From assembly GCA_965197525.1 (NCBI GenBank), contig OZ240211.1:864001-928000 (forward strand): a stretch of 64,000 nt of DNA, read 5' to 3'. Shown here piece by piece: positions 20,432-31,801 of this stretch. Within the stretch, counting starts at the first letter, position 1. The number at the start of each line of letters is the position of its first letter. The position numbers and the translations under genes are program-made. Source of the stretch: Nitrosopumilus sp. GTDB lineage: Archaea; Thermoproteota; Nitrososphaeria; Nitrososphaerales; Nitrosopumilaceae. Under the pieces are notes generated by a model. It was given only the letters and a program-made list of their open reading frames with translations. It searched no databases and had not been told where the DNA came from.

Positions 20432-20722
20432 TTATTTTATATTTAAAAAACGCTTTTGTAGATTTTGTAAACTATTTGTAACATTATTATACCTAATACG
20501 ATTATTGTCATTTTTTGTAGTCTTTGTTAATGTTTTACTTGCATCGATTCCTGTTTGCAACCTATGTGCAAATTTTATATCATCTTTTTTTATTTTATTC
20601 ATTTTTTTATCAAGTTTTTCAAATTGTTTTGAAAACTCTAAATATTTTTTAGACTCTTTTTGATCTTTAATATCAAGTGCTAATATTTTAAAATTTTTAG
20701 CACATTCCGCAAATGAAACCAT
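20432..20722 (-). CDS. 96-aa helical passenger protein
   Basis: ORF convergent with the two coiled-coil ORFs inside the TIRs. Confidence 0.55.
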   Translation of the reverse strand: MVSFAECAKNFKILALDIKDQKESKKYLEFSKQFEKLDKKMNKIKKDDIKFAHRLQTGIDASKTLTKTTKNDNNRIRYNNVTNSLQNLQKRFLNIK

Positions 20723-20868
20723 TGTATATTATATATACATAAATAATATAATAATATTATTATTGTTGGTTTCGTCTAATAATCAAGACTAGAATATTGA
20801 ATAATATGTGAAATTTCACGTCCCGATAATGTTACAGAACCTATTACTGTAAGATTTAAAACCTTGAA

Positions 20869-21123
20869 GTGATTAACTACTACAAGGTAATGTATAAGGG
20901 ATTTATTTTGTTAAACTGCGATTTAGGCGCAGAAGGATATATTGTAGATGAATTAAAACACATGCAACATGTTAGTAATGCGTACCTAACTTTTGGAGCA
21001 TATGACGTGATTGTAGAGATTGAGACAGAAGACCAGATCAGATTTGAGAGCGTAATTGCAGAGATCAGAAGACTCTCAAGAGTAGTTAGTACGATGACGC
21101 TAAATGTTGTGACCGCTGATTAA
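20869..21123 (+). CDS. Lrp/AsnC ligand-binding domain protein (likely start at MYKGF)
   Basis: TFGAYDVIVEIE...VVSTMTL. Confidence 0.85.
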   Translation: MINYYKVMYKGFILLNCDLGAEGYIVDELKHMQHVSNAYLTFGAYDVIVEIETEDQIRFESVIAEIRRLSRVVSTMTLNVVTAD

Positions 21124-21157
21124 TTGTTATATAGAGTAGAGACAGGATTGTTTCAAA

Positions 21158-21448
21158 TTGCAAAAAATTGAATATGACGGATCGGTTTGGGTACTAGATT
21201 ATAACAATCCCAAACCGTTACTTGACCACGCCATTCACATGCTAGAAAAACACGGGGTAAAACAAGAAGACATGGTAATTACAGAGACTCCAACAGTGGA
21301 TGTGGGTGCAATAGTAGTAGAGATTTGGCCATACGAACTAGTTGTAGGAAGAGTAAGAACAACTCGTAATGACTCTTTTATTAGCGGCACAGAGTTTAAG
21401 ATTGAGTTAAAACTAGATGAAGATGGAAACTATGTAGATTACCTATGA
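21158..21448 (+). CDS. Hypothetical protein
   Basis: 96-aa ORF overlapping next start. Confidence 0.7.
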   Translation: MQKIEYDGSVWVLDYNNPKPLLDHAIHMLEKHGVKQEDMVITETPTVDVGAIVVEIWPYELVVGRVRTTRNDSFISGTEFKIELKLDEDGNYVDYL

Positions 21449-22134
21449 AAAAAAATAAAATTCAAAACATTGTGATCGGACTAGTTGCAGTTGGCATTAT
21501 TGGATCAATTATAGCGTACAACTATACAATAGAACAGACCAAACAAAAAGGTCTACAATTTGGAAATGATCTAGCACAAATACAACGGGATGTAGCAGAT
21601 TTACAGACAAAGTTTTATTCAGAAAAGATCAAATGGGATGAAGGAGACATTACAAAAGAAGAGCTGTTAGAATTTTATAAAGAGCATGTAAAAGAGTTTG
21701 AAAAAACCAATGAGAGATACGACAAGCTAACGCCACCGGAACTGTTCCAGAGTTCTGTAGATTTATTCAAGATCTCAGCTGAGACCCAGCTGCAAAGCGA
21801 CAAGGAGTATATCAGGTGGATAGATACAGGTGATGAGTCAGCAAAAATAAGATCAGATACACAGATTCAAGAGGCGTACGAATACGAAAACCTAGGATTA
21901 GCAGAGTTCCAGTTAGCAAAGAAGGGCTTGAAAAATTATGACGAGCAAGAAAAATTCACAGCACCGCCAGACGGAATAAGAGAGAAGGTCATTGAGATCA
22001 CAAACAACATGAAAGAGGAGTGTGATACAGAGTATCAGAATGAATCAGGACAGTTTGATTCAGAGCAGATAGAGATGGAATGGACCAACTGTTATGACGA
22101 CGCGGAGACATGGAGAGCTGAGCATCTTCCTTGA
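21445..22134 (+). CDS. Membrane-anchored helical hypothetical protein
   Basis: N-terminal TM, acidic helical body. Confidence 0.75.
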   Translation: MKKNKIQNIVIGLVAVGIIGSIIAYNYTIEQTKQKGLQFGNDLAQIQRDVADLQTKFYSEKIKWDEGDITKEELLEFYKEHVKEFEKTNERYDKLTPPELFQSSVDLFKISAETQLQSDKEYIRWIDTGDESAKIRSDTQIQEAYEYENLGLAEFQLAKKGLKNYDEQEKFTAPPDGIREKVIEITNNMKEECDTEYQNESGQFDSEQIEMEWTNCYDDAETWRAEHLP

Positions 22135-22338
22135 GAGAGAGATAGAGAACTAGATGTATAGAAAAAAACTTGTTGTATATTTCAAATGAATCCGGTGTAT
22201 GATGTATAACAACAAAAATGTGAATTTGTTGGCATAATGTATTTTTAGAAACATCATAGTAGGACATCTAAATTAAAAGGTAATTGATTATAGGGTTTAT
22301 AAAATCTGTATAATGTTGTGGCAAACAGCAAGATGGTA

Positions 22339-22794
22339 TTACAGCAGATCGGATTTGTCTAAAAGGTCCAAAACAGTAAAAAGCTCTTCAGCTAATAATT
22401 TTTCATCAAGAGGAGTAGGTTTTGAGAACCGAACTTGGAATGCGATTGTAAGCATATCTTGATCGGTGTGCGAGATTCGAACAGAATGAGCCTGACGATT
22501 AGTTGCAGACATAAAATGTTTCCACTTTTGAATATGTGTGCTAACGCGAGTCACTTGTTCTTCAACATTATCTAAAGTGGTATTCAAATCTGTATCAAAC
22601 AGACAGAATTTGAGAAGAGGAACCATAACAATGCCTCCTAGAACAGTATCACGGTTTTTGATCATAGAGGAGATGAACTCTTCTGCGTTATTTTTGTGGA
22701 CGTTAGGCCCATAGTCAGGATCAAAGTATCCTGTAATGAGTTTTTTTGAATCATATATTCGAAAAAAATCTTCGTCTAGTTCTAATTTCCACAA
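22339..22794 (-). CDS. Hypothetical protein
   Basis: 151-aa ORF. Confidence 0.7.
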   Translation of the reverse strand: MWKLELDEDFFRIYDSKKLITGYFDPDYGPNVHKNNAEEFISSMIKNRDTVLGGIVMVPLLKFCLFDTDLNTTLDNVEEQVTRVSTHIQKWKHFMSATNRQAHSVRISHTDQDMLTIAFQVRFSKPTPLDEKLLAEELFTVLDLLDKSDLL

Positions 22795-22870
22795 TATTTA
22801 AAAGATAATCTACAGATAAATAAACGATTAATCAGTGACATTAAATAAACTACAGAGATGACAATGAATA

Positions 22871-23155
22871 ATGACCATATCAAAAGAAGACAGGGATTTC
22901 ATTGACAGCTTGATTGACTATTATATCAGCGAATCAAGATCTTACAGACAGATAGCAGAAAATTTTCTGCCAGAGATAACATCAATTCCCGATACGACGT
23001 TTGGTATCATTACAGGATGCGTGTATGCAGGATTCTTACAGATATATCAGAACCGACAGCAGGTGCCAAATGTAGAGGATGTGCAAGAGTTTAACCAGAT
23101 TATAAAGAAACGAGCTGCCTTGATCAAAAAATCCATCATGGCAGACAAACAGTAG
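22871..23155 (+). CDS. Hypothetical protein
   Basis: 94-aa ORF. Confidence 0.7.
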   Translation: MTISKEDRDFIDSLIDYYISESRSYRQIAENFLPEITSIPDTTFGIITGCVYAGFLQIYQNRQQVPNVEDVQEFNQIIKKRAALIKKSIMADKQ

Positions 23156-23336
23156 ATCCGTCACCGGTGATAAACAGTATGATTTAATTTCAACTATGTT
23201 CAACTATAGATATGAATGTGGATGGGAGCAAGATCATCTTTGGATTAGGAGTAAGTTCGGCAGTTGCGACTGCTGTAATAGCACTATATTTTTCCATTCG
23301 GTAGAGATAAATCATTAAAAAAATTCAAAGAGTGTA

Positions 23337-23657
23337 ATGGCAGATACAAACGAGTTTAAGATTACACAGATAATTGATAACGGTCAGATGGTACAGCTCA
23401 CACTAGTTGAGAACATATCAACTGAACCAATCTCACGAAAACAGTTGATACTTGAGAGTGTCTCAAAGAAACTTGATGCAGAGACCAAAGAGCAGGTAAT
23501 GCCACTGCTAGAGGCAATCCTGCAAGCGCAGCCAACAGTTAACGTCAAATCTTACGAGCAGACAAAGATGGCAATAACAATGCCAAAGACAAGATATAAC
23601 GCGATGGGAAGACCTCAAGTAGATAGCATAATTGAGATAGATTTGAAGACAGTTTAG
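23337..23657 (+). CDS. Hypothetical protein
   Basis: 106-aa ORF. Confidence 0.7.
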   Translation: MADTNEFKITQIIDNGQMVQLTLVENISTEPISRKQLILESVSKKLDAETKEQVMPLLEAILQAQPTVNVKSYEQTKMAITMPKTRYNAMGRPQVDSIIEIDLKTV

Positions 23658-25723
23658 ATGTGGGAGTTTATTTCATCAAGCGTGTACAAAGGCAGAGAAC
23701 AAGTAAAGTCCTTACACACAAAGACTGATGTCTTATCTGTGAATGATTTGCCAGCAAAGAACGGGTATTCTGAGAGGGATTCCAGCTGAGAGGGATTTTT
23801 AATAGTAACCAAGATAGCGTTTGGCAGATAGTCCAAACATAAGGATTGGCATATTTGAGAATTTTCAGTATTGATAACAGTAATCTCTACAGGTTTTTGA
23901 ATGTACATACAAATTGTGTTTAGCAGATGACCAAACGCAAACGGATTTTCAGCAGATTGCTGCGCCTGAGACTTCATTATTTTTGTGGCGATCTCCTCAA
24001 ATGCAGGTTTGTGAGACAGATGATATAGTTTGAGCAACAGAGAAGCAGAGACAGAGTTACCAGATGGCAGAGATAAATCATAGTTATTTCTTGGTCGGAT
24101 AATCAGTTTTTCGTGATCAGTGGATGTCATGAAGAAGATATTCTGCTCAGAGTCCCAGAAATTGCTGACCAAGTGATCGCCTAGCTTCAAAGACAGGTTT
24201 AGATATCTCAGATCAGGTTCGATTTCAAATACATCTAACAAAGCATTAGAAAAGTAGGAATAATCATCAAGATATCCATCAATTTTTGCAATACCGTCTT
24301 TGTAGGTTCGCAACAGTTTGCCATCCACAAGCATATTTTTCTCAATAAAAGAGATGCAATCTTTTGCAGCGTTCAGGTACCGAACATCATTTGTTACACG
24401 ATAGCCTTTTGCAAATGCTGTAATCATAAGAGAGTTCCATGAGACTAGCACCTTGTCGTCCAATCCAGGCGGTACCCGAGTAGAACGAACTTTGAGTAGT
24501 TTTTCAGAACAAGAAGTTAGAACTTTGCGAACTTGGGCCTCTGAGATTCCAAAATTAAATGCAACAGTAGAGATGTTGATGTTGTTGCATAGAATGCTGT
24601 TGCCTTCCCAATTTCCACCATCTGTCACATCATAATACAAGCAGAATAGATCAGCGTCATCCTGGAGAACCTCTTTAATTTCACTCTTCTTCCAGACATA
24701 ATACTTTCCCTCTACTCCATCAGAGTCAGCATCATATGCCGAATAAAATCCGCCTTCAGGGGAGGTCATCTCACGCAGAACAAAATCAAGTGTCTTTGTT
24801 AGAATATCAAGATAGAATGGGTTGCGGGTTATCTGATAAGCTTCAGCATAATTGACAGAGATCAAGGCATTATCGTAAAGCATCTTTTCAAAATGAGGCA
24901 CCAACCACTTGGCATCAGTAGAGTATCTGCAGAATCCACCTCCAATCTGATCAAATATTCCGCCTTTTGCCATCTTGTTGAGGGTCTTTAGTGCAAAGTC
25001 ACGGAATTTTGAGAAACCGGAGAGTTTGGCATATTGGAACAGAAAGGATACGTTTGCAGCACTGGGAAATTTAGGGGCAGAACCAAATCCACCGTATGTG
25101 GCATCTCCCATCTGAAACAAGTTCATAGCTGCTTCATCTAGGATAATTCTACCTAGTTTTGTTATGATCGAAGTCGGTTCTGGTTTATCAAGTGCGCCAA
25201 CAAAGTTCTCAGCAGATTTTTTGACGTCATGGGATCTCTCATTCCATGCTTGTGAGAGCTGTCTGCAGATACTTCCAAAACCGGGGTGGCCATGGGAATC
25301 TAGAACAGGAAAATAAGTTCCAGCATAGAACGGTTTTTGATCAGGGGTCAGGAATATACTCAAAGGCCAACCGCCTTGACCTGTTGCCATCTGGCATACT
25401 TTTTGGTATATATCATCAATATCAGGGCGTTCTTCGCGGTCAACTTTGATGTTGATAAAATTCTCGTTCATGAATTTAGCAACATCCTCATTCTCAAATG
25501 ATTCATGAGCCATTACATGACACCAGTGGCATGAGCTGTATCCTATGCTCAAGAAGATAGGTTTGTTTTGATCCTTTGCTTTTTTTAGTGCAGCGTCGCT
25601 CCAAGGATGCCAATCAACAGGATTGTTTGCATGCTGGAGCAAGTATGGACTGGTTTCATTGATAAGGCTGTTTTCCACTGCAATAACTGGGTTTGATTGA
25701 ATATTAGAATCTAAGTATCCCAA
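23654..25723 (-). CDS. Thioredoxin domain-containing protein, YyaL/SSP411 family
   Basis: [45 protein letters not shown]. Confidence 0.95.
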   Translation of the reverse strand: MGYLDSNIQSNPVIAVENSLINETSPYLLQHANNPVDWHPWSDAALKKAKDQNKPIFLSIGYSSCHWCHVMAHESFENEDVAKFMNENFINIKVDREERPDIDDIYQKVCQMATGQGGWPLSIFLTPDQKPFYAGTYFPVLDSHGHPGFGSICRQLSQAWNERSHDVKKSAENFVGALDKPEPTSIITKLGRIILDEAAMNLFQMGDATYGGFGSAPKFPSAANVSFLFQYAKLSGFSKFRDFALKTLNKMAKGGIFDQIGGGFCRYSTDAKWLVPHFEKMLYDNALISVNYAEAYQITRNPFYLDILTKTLDFVLREMTSPEGGFYSAYDADSDGVEGKYYVWKKSEIKEVLQDDADLFCLYYDVTDGGNWEGNSILCNNINISTVAFNFGISEAQVRKVLTSCSEKLLKVRSTRVPPGLDDKVLVSWNSLMITAFAKGYRVTNDVRYLNAAKDCISFIEKNMLVDGKLLRTYKDGIAKIDGYLDDYSYFSNALLDVFEIEPDLRYLNLSLKLGDHLVSNFWDSEQNIFFMTSTDHEKLIIRPRNNYDLSLPSGNSVSASLLLKLYHLSHKPAFEEIATKIMKSQAQQSAENPFAFGHLLNTICMYIQKPVEITVINTENSQICQSLCLDYLPNAILVTIKNPSQLESLSEYPFFAGKSFTDKTSVFVCKDFTCSLPLYTLDEINSHI

Positions 25724-26055
25724 ATTCCTTGGCCTTCAGATAGTTCATAGATTCGAACATTAATCTTTTTGAGCAACTTTATTTTAGATTTAGCAGCCTT
25801 TTTGTTATGGGTGTAGTCTTTTTTTTCAACTAGTTCTTGTAGTCGTTGTAGTTGGGCCAACGAGAGTTTTTTGAACTCATGTTTAGAACCGGAGACCAGA
25901 TTCAATAATCTTATACGTTCACGATCTTCGTTTGTGATCTCGACCATAGTGAATATTTTAAAGATTTTGTAATTAAATCTTAATACTATTATTTTGTAAC
26001 AGATGGGCATAATATAACAAAGATCGGAGTATGATCTTTGGCATGTTATATTCAA
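25711..26055 (-). CDS. Hypothetical protein (likely start at [10 protein letters not shown])
   Basis: Basic helical ORF. Confidence 0.6.
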   Translation of the reverse strand: MNITCQRSYSDLCYIMPICYKIIVLRFNYKIFKIFTMVEITNEDRERIRLLNLVSGSKHEFKKLSLAQLQRLQELVEKKDYTHNKKAAKSKIKLLKKINVRIYELSEGQGIWDT

Positions 26056-27183
26056 ACAATGCTAGTCATAAAAACACCCGTATCCGTAGAATTTAGCAAA
26101 AATTTCAATTTGCGAATATTAAAATTTTACGTATTTTCTCATATCAACATGGAAAAGATGCGCGCAATGGTACTCTCTGAATGTGCCAAGATTGAGACAG
26201 AACCATTAAAGCTTACAGAGATTGACAGACACCAGATAAAAAGACCAAACGAGATTTTATTAAAAATTCAAGCCTGTGGAGTGTGCCACTCACAGCTACA
26301 CGGAATAGAAGGAGACTGGAAAGATATAGGGATTCCGCCAACGTTGCCCACAGTACCCGGTCACGAAGTTGTTGGGAGAGTGGTTCAGATTGGGGAAAAA
26401 GTTACAAAATTCAAAGTTGGAGAACAGGCAGGAATCACTCCGCTTTTAGAGGCATGCAAAAATTGTCAATACTGCAAGGAAGGAAAAGAGTACCTGTGCG
26501 AATCATCAACAATAACAGGTGAATCGTTCAAAGGCGGATATACAGAATACATTACAGTGCTAGAGGATTTTGCAACCAAGGTTCCAGACAGCATGAAACC
26601 TGAATATGCTGCCCCATTGTTTTGTGCAGGGATAACAGCATACAAGGCAGTCAAGGCCTCAGAGCCGCACCCAAATAAAAAAGTCGGAATCTTTGGAATC
26701 GGAGGAGTAGGTCACATGGCAATACAGTTTGCAAGAGTAAAAGACTGCAATGTAATTGCATTTTCTAGATCGCAGAAACATCTTGATGTTGCAAAGAGGT
26801 TGGAGGCATCAGACGCAATTGCGTTCTCTGAGAATCAGCAAGAATTTTTAGATACACTAAAGGAGAAACATGGTATGCTGGACTCAGCAATCGTGTTTGC
26901 ACCAGCAGACATTGTTACAGACACTGCAATCAAATCAGTAAAGAAGGGAGGACTCGTAGTAATTGCAACTGTAGGAAAGAATCCTGAATTTATGGCATTT
27001 GAGGAGAAGACGATTAGAGGTACGCTGATAGGATCAACAAAAGACATGGAGGACGTCATCAAGATATGCGAGAAAGAGGATATCGAGGTCATCTCTCAGA
27101 CATTCCCGTTAGAGAAGGCAAATGAGGCACTTCAAAAACTAAAAGACTCGCAAGTAGAGGCAAGAGCGGTATTAATACCATAA
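26038..27183 (+). CDS. Zinc-dependent alcohol dehydrogenase (likely start at MEKMRAM, 26149)
   Basis: CGVCHSQ, GHEVVG, structural-Zn Cys cluster, GIGGVG. Confidence 0.93.
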   Translation: MACYIQTMLVIKTPVSVEFSKNFNLRILKFYVFSHINMEKMRAMVLSECAKIETEPLKLTEIDRHQIKRPNEILLKIQACGVCHSQLHGIEGDWKDIGIPPTLPTVPGHEVVGRVVQIGEKVTKFKVGEQAGITPLLEACKNCQYCKEGKEYLCESSTITGESFKGGYTEYITVLEDFATKVPDSMKPEYAAPLFCAGITAYKAVKASEPHPNKKVGIFGIGGVGHMAIQFARVKDCNVIAFSRSQKHLDVAKRLEASDAIAFSENQQEFLDTLKEKHGMLDSAIVFAPADIVTDTAIKSVKKGGLVVIATVGKNPEFMAFEEKTIRGTLIGSTKDMEDVIKICEKEDIEVISQTFPLEKANEALQKLKDSQVEARAVLIP

Positions 27184-27227
27184 TATCGAGAAGAGGATTA
27201 AATATAGAGGTTGAGAGGTTATTTTAC

Positions 27228-27380
27228 ATGAATTGCAAGAGATGTCACCATATGGACCAAGCGCATGTTTTCAACAAGGATAGCAACTCAATCATCAAGG
27301 CAGGAAAATGTAAAATCCCAACATGTACGTGTCAGCAATACCTAGATCCAATCCAAAAAATCGATGAAGAACTCTTGTAA
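27228..27380 (+). CDS. 50-aa Cys/His-rich metal-binding protein (not in ORF track)
   Basis: MNCKRCHHMDQAH...CKIPTCTC. Confidence 0.6.
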   Translation: MNCKRCHHMDQAHVFNKDSNSIIKAGKCKIPTCTCQQYLDPIQKIDEELL

Positions 27381-27397
27381 CAGTTCATATATCAAAA

Positions 27398-27646
27398 ATG
27401 TTTTGTGACGGTATGGAAAAACACAAACCTGCAGACGAGATGATAAAAGAGTTGGATAATCTGTTATCAAAGATAAATGCCATGGAGATTGTTGCAAAAA
27501 CTGATCATGAAAAGAGTTCTATAAAAATTCAGAGAGCGCTAGTAGAGGGGCAGATTCACTCAATTAACGAGTTTCAGCACTTGAAAAAAGCAATAGATCT
27601 ATTGACGATGGAATTATTCAAAATTCAAAATAAAATCAACGATTAA
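27398..27646 (+). CDS. Hypothetical protein
   Basis: 82-aa helical ORF. Confidence 0.7.
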   Translation: MFCDGMEKHKPADEMIKELDNLLSKINAMEIVAKTDHEKSSIKIQRALVEGQIHSINEFQHLKKAIDLLTMELFKIQNKIND

Positions 27647-28151
27647 TCCACATATCATTTATTTTATAATAGATATAACAACAATGCATACCAAGAACAA
27701 AAAATTAATGTTGCATGCTTGTCAAATAAATTGGAAGAAGCTAAAATGACTAATTCAGTAAAAAATCCAAAATGATATAGATATTATAAACATTATATCG
27801 TTTCATATGGGGATTATATAGATGGGTTACATTAGCCTCAACTCATAGACAGATCATAAAAAAAGATAGGTGAATGATATTGCATTCAATCGAAAAATAA
27901 TATATTATAATATATTATAATATATTATTTTTTATTTATTTTGAGCCTAACGTAACTAAAATATATAATCCCCTTTCATATTGTAAAAAGTAAGATTTTT
28001 CTGGATATTATAACGATCAATATGAATTCAATTTGACTGGATTTATCTACAGATAAATTTTGGATCTTGACAATAAAAAACTAAATTCATCTTGGCATTG
28101 TAAAAATAAAAAAGTAAGAATTAAAAACAATCTATATCATTTTATCATATC

Positions 28152-28691
28152 TTGCAACTAACTGAGGAGAATCATCATATGATAACGTTGCCTGATTTGG
28201 TACAACCTAGAATGAAAGTTGTATTTGTAGGAACAAATCCCGGGACAAAATCAGCACGAATAGGGCATTATTTTGCAGGTAATAGTAATATGTTTTGGAA
28301 ATTATTATATGAATCTAATTTGACAAAAGAACGGCTTACAACGGAACAGGATAACAAGTTAATCACATATGGTCACGGCCTCACAGATGTGATAAAACGA
28401 CCTACGCGTTCTACATCAGAATTACGAAGAGATGATGGAAACGGTGCAAGAGATCGTTTGAATTCCATTATAGAGAAAAACAGACCTAGCATAGTTGCGT
28501 TTGTAGGTAAAACAGGTTTTAGATACTATCTTGACTACAAGGGTAAATCTATCAAGTATGGTATGCAAAAATTCAAGATTGCCGAATCTTCTGTATACCT
28601 CCTCCCATCTACCAGTGGCCAGAGTTTTGCAGACACTAGTTACAAAGAGAAACTATTTTGGTATAAAAAATTAAAAAAAATTATATCATGA
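28152..28691 (+). CDS. mug: Mismatch-specific uracil-DNA glycosylase (MUG/TDG family), copy A
   Basis: VGTNPG, HYFAGNSNMFW, LTDVIKR, LPSTSG. Confidence 0.9.
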   Translation: MQLTEENHHMITLPDLVQPRMKVVFVGTNPGTKSARIGHYFAGNSNMFWKLLYESNLTKERLTTEQDNKLITYGHGLTDVIKRPTRSTSELRRDDGNGARDRLNSIIEKNRPSIVAFVGKTGFRYYLDYKGKSIKYGMQKFKIAESSVYLLPSTSGQSFADTSYKEKLFWYKKLKKIIS

Positions 28692-29087
28692 ATTTTCTTG
28701 AAATTAAAAAAAGAATCCCAGTACTGACAAAATACATCACGAGAGTTTATTTGGCTACATCGTTGGTTAATTGCAATGAACAAAATACTAGAACCATCAT
28801 TAGAGTATCAATTGATTTGAAATGACAATTGTTAATGAATAGACAGTATAGGATAATCCAAAATTAAATTCAATAGATTTAGTTAGAGACGCCAACATTG
28901 TTAAAAAATACGATATTTGTGTTTCAGAGATCGCCAAACCAAGTACTAAAATAGATATTAATATTACGACTGCAAAGATGTTCACGAAAAAAAATCAGAT
29001 GCGTGTATAGATACAAATGTTTCAAACGCGGGTTTAGGAATAGTCAACCGTAGAGTTTTTTAAGGACTTGTATGCTAAAATAACAAG

Positions 29088-29567
29088 TTGAATTCACCTG
29101 AAAAACTACTAACTCTGTTTCAGGCAATAGACAAAAAACTCTCCATGAATCAGTTTGATGACAAGTTAGAAATTCAAAAAATCACTTACCTAGCTCAAGA
29201 ATATGGGATTGATTTAGAATATGAATTTGAATGGAATAAACGCGGACCATACTGCAAACAAGTATCAGAGCATGCACATATAATCATAGATTCCAGCAGG
29301 AATATCAGTATTGATAATAACTTGAAAAATGAGAAGGAAAAACTATCACAATTTGTAAAAATAATAAAACCTTACATGGATAACACTGAATGGTTAGAAA
29401 TTGCAGCTTCGCTATTATATTTACGAAAAGACAGCTATGAAAACATGGAATTGAATCAAATAATAGGATACCTTATTGAAGACTTGACGTACGGTTACAA
29501 GAATTTCAATGAGGCGTTGGTTAGAAAAGCAATTTCCGAAATGTCGAAGAAAGGATTTTTGACATAA
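29088..29567 (+). CDS. YwgA/Panacea(SocA)-like winged-helix protein
   Basis: LEIQKITYLAQ...LEYEFEW..RGPY pattern. Confidence 0.65.
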   Translation: MNSPEKLLTLFQAIDKKLSMNQFDDKLEIQKITYLAQEYGIDLEYEFEWNKRGPYCKQVSEHAHIIIDSSRNISIDNNLKNEKEKLSQFVKIIKPYMDNTEWLEIAASLLYLRKDSYENMELNQIIGYLIEDLTYGYKNFNEALVRKAISEMSKKGFLT

Positions 29568-29603
29568 CGAAAAAATTCTTCGTTAAAATTATCGTGATAT
29601 GTT

Positions 29604-30622
29604 TTGTGGGACAATAAATGGAAAGAACTACTGAAGGATATTTCTACTAATGGTGTACTGGTATCACGAAAAGATTCAACTAGAAACACACAAGAAACTG
29701 TTTCATACAAATTTGAGATAGATGATTCTAGAAACAGATTAATCTCTGATGAATTACGTGGTATTGATATTTTTCAATGTGTTGGGCAATTTTTATGGAT
29801 TACACAAGGAAATTTCAATGTAGAAGCAATAAAGTATTACCAGCCGATCTCGGACAAATTTTCATCAGATGGGGTCAAAATGATAGGTGCATACGGTCCA
29901 AGATTATTTGGTATCCAACATCTTAATCAGATAGAGCACGTCATAGATACATTAACAGAAGATCCTGGAAAAGAAGGGCTGTAGCATCAATTTATTTGCC
30001 ACAATTTGACCAACACGAATTTGAAAATGAAGAAGTGCCGTGTACTCTGAATCTACAATATCTCATCCGTGATGACAAATTACAGGCAGTAACTTACATG
30101 AGAAGTCAAGATGCATTTAATGTGTTACCATATGATTTTTTCATATTCACAATGCTACAAGAATATCTTCTAAACAGATTAAAACCAGAACACCCAGAAT
30201 TCCAACTTGGAAGATATAATCATTATAGTGGAAGCTTCCATGTTTATCAGAAAGATCTAGATAAGATTAACAAAATCACAGACAATCAATCTTCAAAAAA
30301 CTTTACTATGAAGAAGATGCCATCAAAAAATGTAGAACTTCGTTTACGCGCATTGAATATATTTGAATCAATAGTAAGAACGGCAACATTAGCTAAAGGC
30401 AAGTATAAGATAAAATTTGATTTTGATGCAATGGTAGACGTGATGAATGACTCGTTGAAAGATGAATACTGGAGACAATTAGGATTGATATTATTATCAT
30501 ATAGTGCAATACAGACAGAAGACAGAGAAAGGCATAAACAAATATTTGATTTGTTAGATCCAGAATACAAATATTTTGTAAAACTCCATATTGACAAACA
30601 TCGTCTTACTGGATTCTATTAG
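29604..30622 (+). pseudogene. Thymidylate-synthase-fold cytidylate hydroxymethylase-like gene split by a 1-nt frameshift (29604-29984 + 29996-30622)
   Basis: AYGPRL; one extra A restores DPGKRRAVASIYLPQ; catalytic VPCT; MRSQD; LPYD (Asp at the TS Asn site); GSFHVY. Confidence 0.85.
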
Positions 30623-31136
30623 AATATCTTCTAAGATTTCTATACCATCCTAGTTTTTCATCATAACTTGTGTCCGCATAACTCTGTCCACTAGTAGATG
30701 GAAGAAGATAGATCCTAACATCCTTGTAATAATGTTGAAATCCATATTCTAAAGATGAATAATAGTTATTGGAATAAATCCTAAAACTCATTTTCCCAAC
30801 AAAAGCAAGAATTTTTGGAGATATCATATTCAAAGTACGGTTTAATCGTTGTATGTTTTGGGCCGTGTATTGTTTTTTAATAACAGTTATGTTACTAGTA
30901 GGCTGTTTTATAATATCAGTCAGTCCATAGCAGTAGTTTAACATATAATCATCCTCTTCTGTTTTTAACTGTCGATCTGTCAACTTTGATTCGTAAAGTA
31001 ATCTCCAAAACACGTTAGAGTGACCGGCAAAATAATGGCCTATTTTTGAAGATTTGGTACCCGGACTTGTACCTACAAATAGAATTTGTAGACCTTTTTT
31101 GATTATATCAGGAAGCGGTCGTAAAATTTCTGCCAA
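30606..31136 (-). CDS. mug: Mismatch-specific uracil-DNA glycosylase (MUG/TDG family), copy B
   Basis: VGTSPG, HYFAGHSNVFW, LPSTSG; paralog of 28152-28691. Confidence 0.9.
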   Translation of the reverse strand: MAEILRPLPDIIKKGLQILFVGTSPGTKSSKIGHYFAGHSNVFWRLLYESKLTDRQLKTEEDDYMLNYCYGLTDIIKQPTSNITVIKKQYTAQNIQRLNRTLNMISPKILAFVGKMSFRIYSNNYYSSLEYGFQHYYKDVRIYLLPSTSGQSYADTSYDEKLGWYRNLRRYSNRIQ

Positions 31137-31801
31137 TAAAATAGCGTAAAATTACTCATAAAAAAATATGTTTGTAGAAATGACTCAATTCAACTTTAAA
31201 TTTACGATTATAGGCATTATACAACGATATGAAGGTATGCACTCATGCCCAGTGCAAATCTAGGCAAGAATTATGTTTTTGTTTACAAGGGATCTGAGTC
31301 CATATATATGGAGCATGTCGATAGACATCTGTTACTCACGCCTCCATATACGTAAATTCGTTAACGGTATTTATAATAATAGTTCTTGCATTATTAACAT
31401 ATTCATTTGATGACGTCAATGGAATATTTATCCAATTATAATCAAAGTGATATGTTTCTTCTCAGCCTTTCGAGCGAATAATCAATTCTTTGATCTTTAA
31501 TACATCTACGGTCTCACATATCAAAGTGTAGTATAGCCACCTCTATATCAATAATAAGAAGAAAGAATATGTTTTGGAATTTCTGATCACATTAAATTTA
31601 ACATAATTGTCGCATCTTTTGTTGATTTACATCTCCAAACAACGCAAGGTAAAAAATTAACAAGTATGAATTACAGGTAACCTGAACAGTTATTTTATGT
31701 AAAACAAGTGCTTGATCATCAATTTTTACTTAGGTATCAACTATAAGTGTATAAAACTGTAAAAAAGAAATATGTCAATAAAGAAAATTGTCAGTGATTG
31801 T

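Larger units (their letters stand above)
19991..20841. mobile_element. 851-bp non-autonomous IS6-type element with three AT-rich passenger ORFs
   Basis: Perfect 33-bp TIRs GGTTCTGTAACATTATCGGGACGTGAAATTTCA (19991-20023 / 20809-20841); TSD TATTACTG (19983-19990, 20842-20849). Confidence 0.93.

Noticed and set aside
29955-29990. Programmed -1 ribosomal frameshift in the hydroxymethylase-like gene
   Set aside because: No canonical slippery heptamer or clear downstream stimulator; an indel is simpler.
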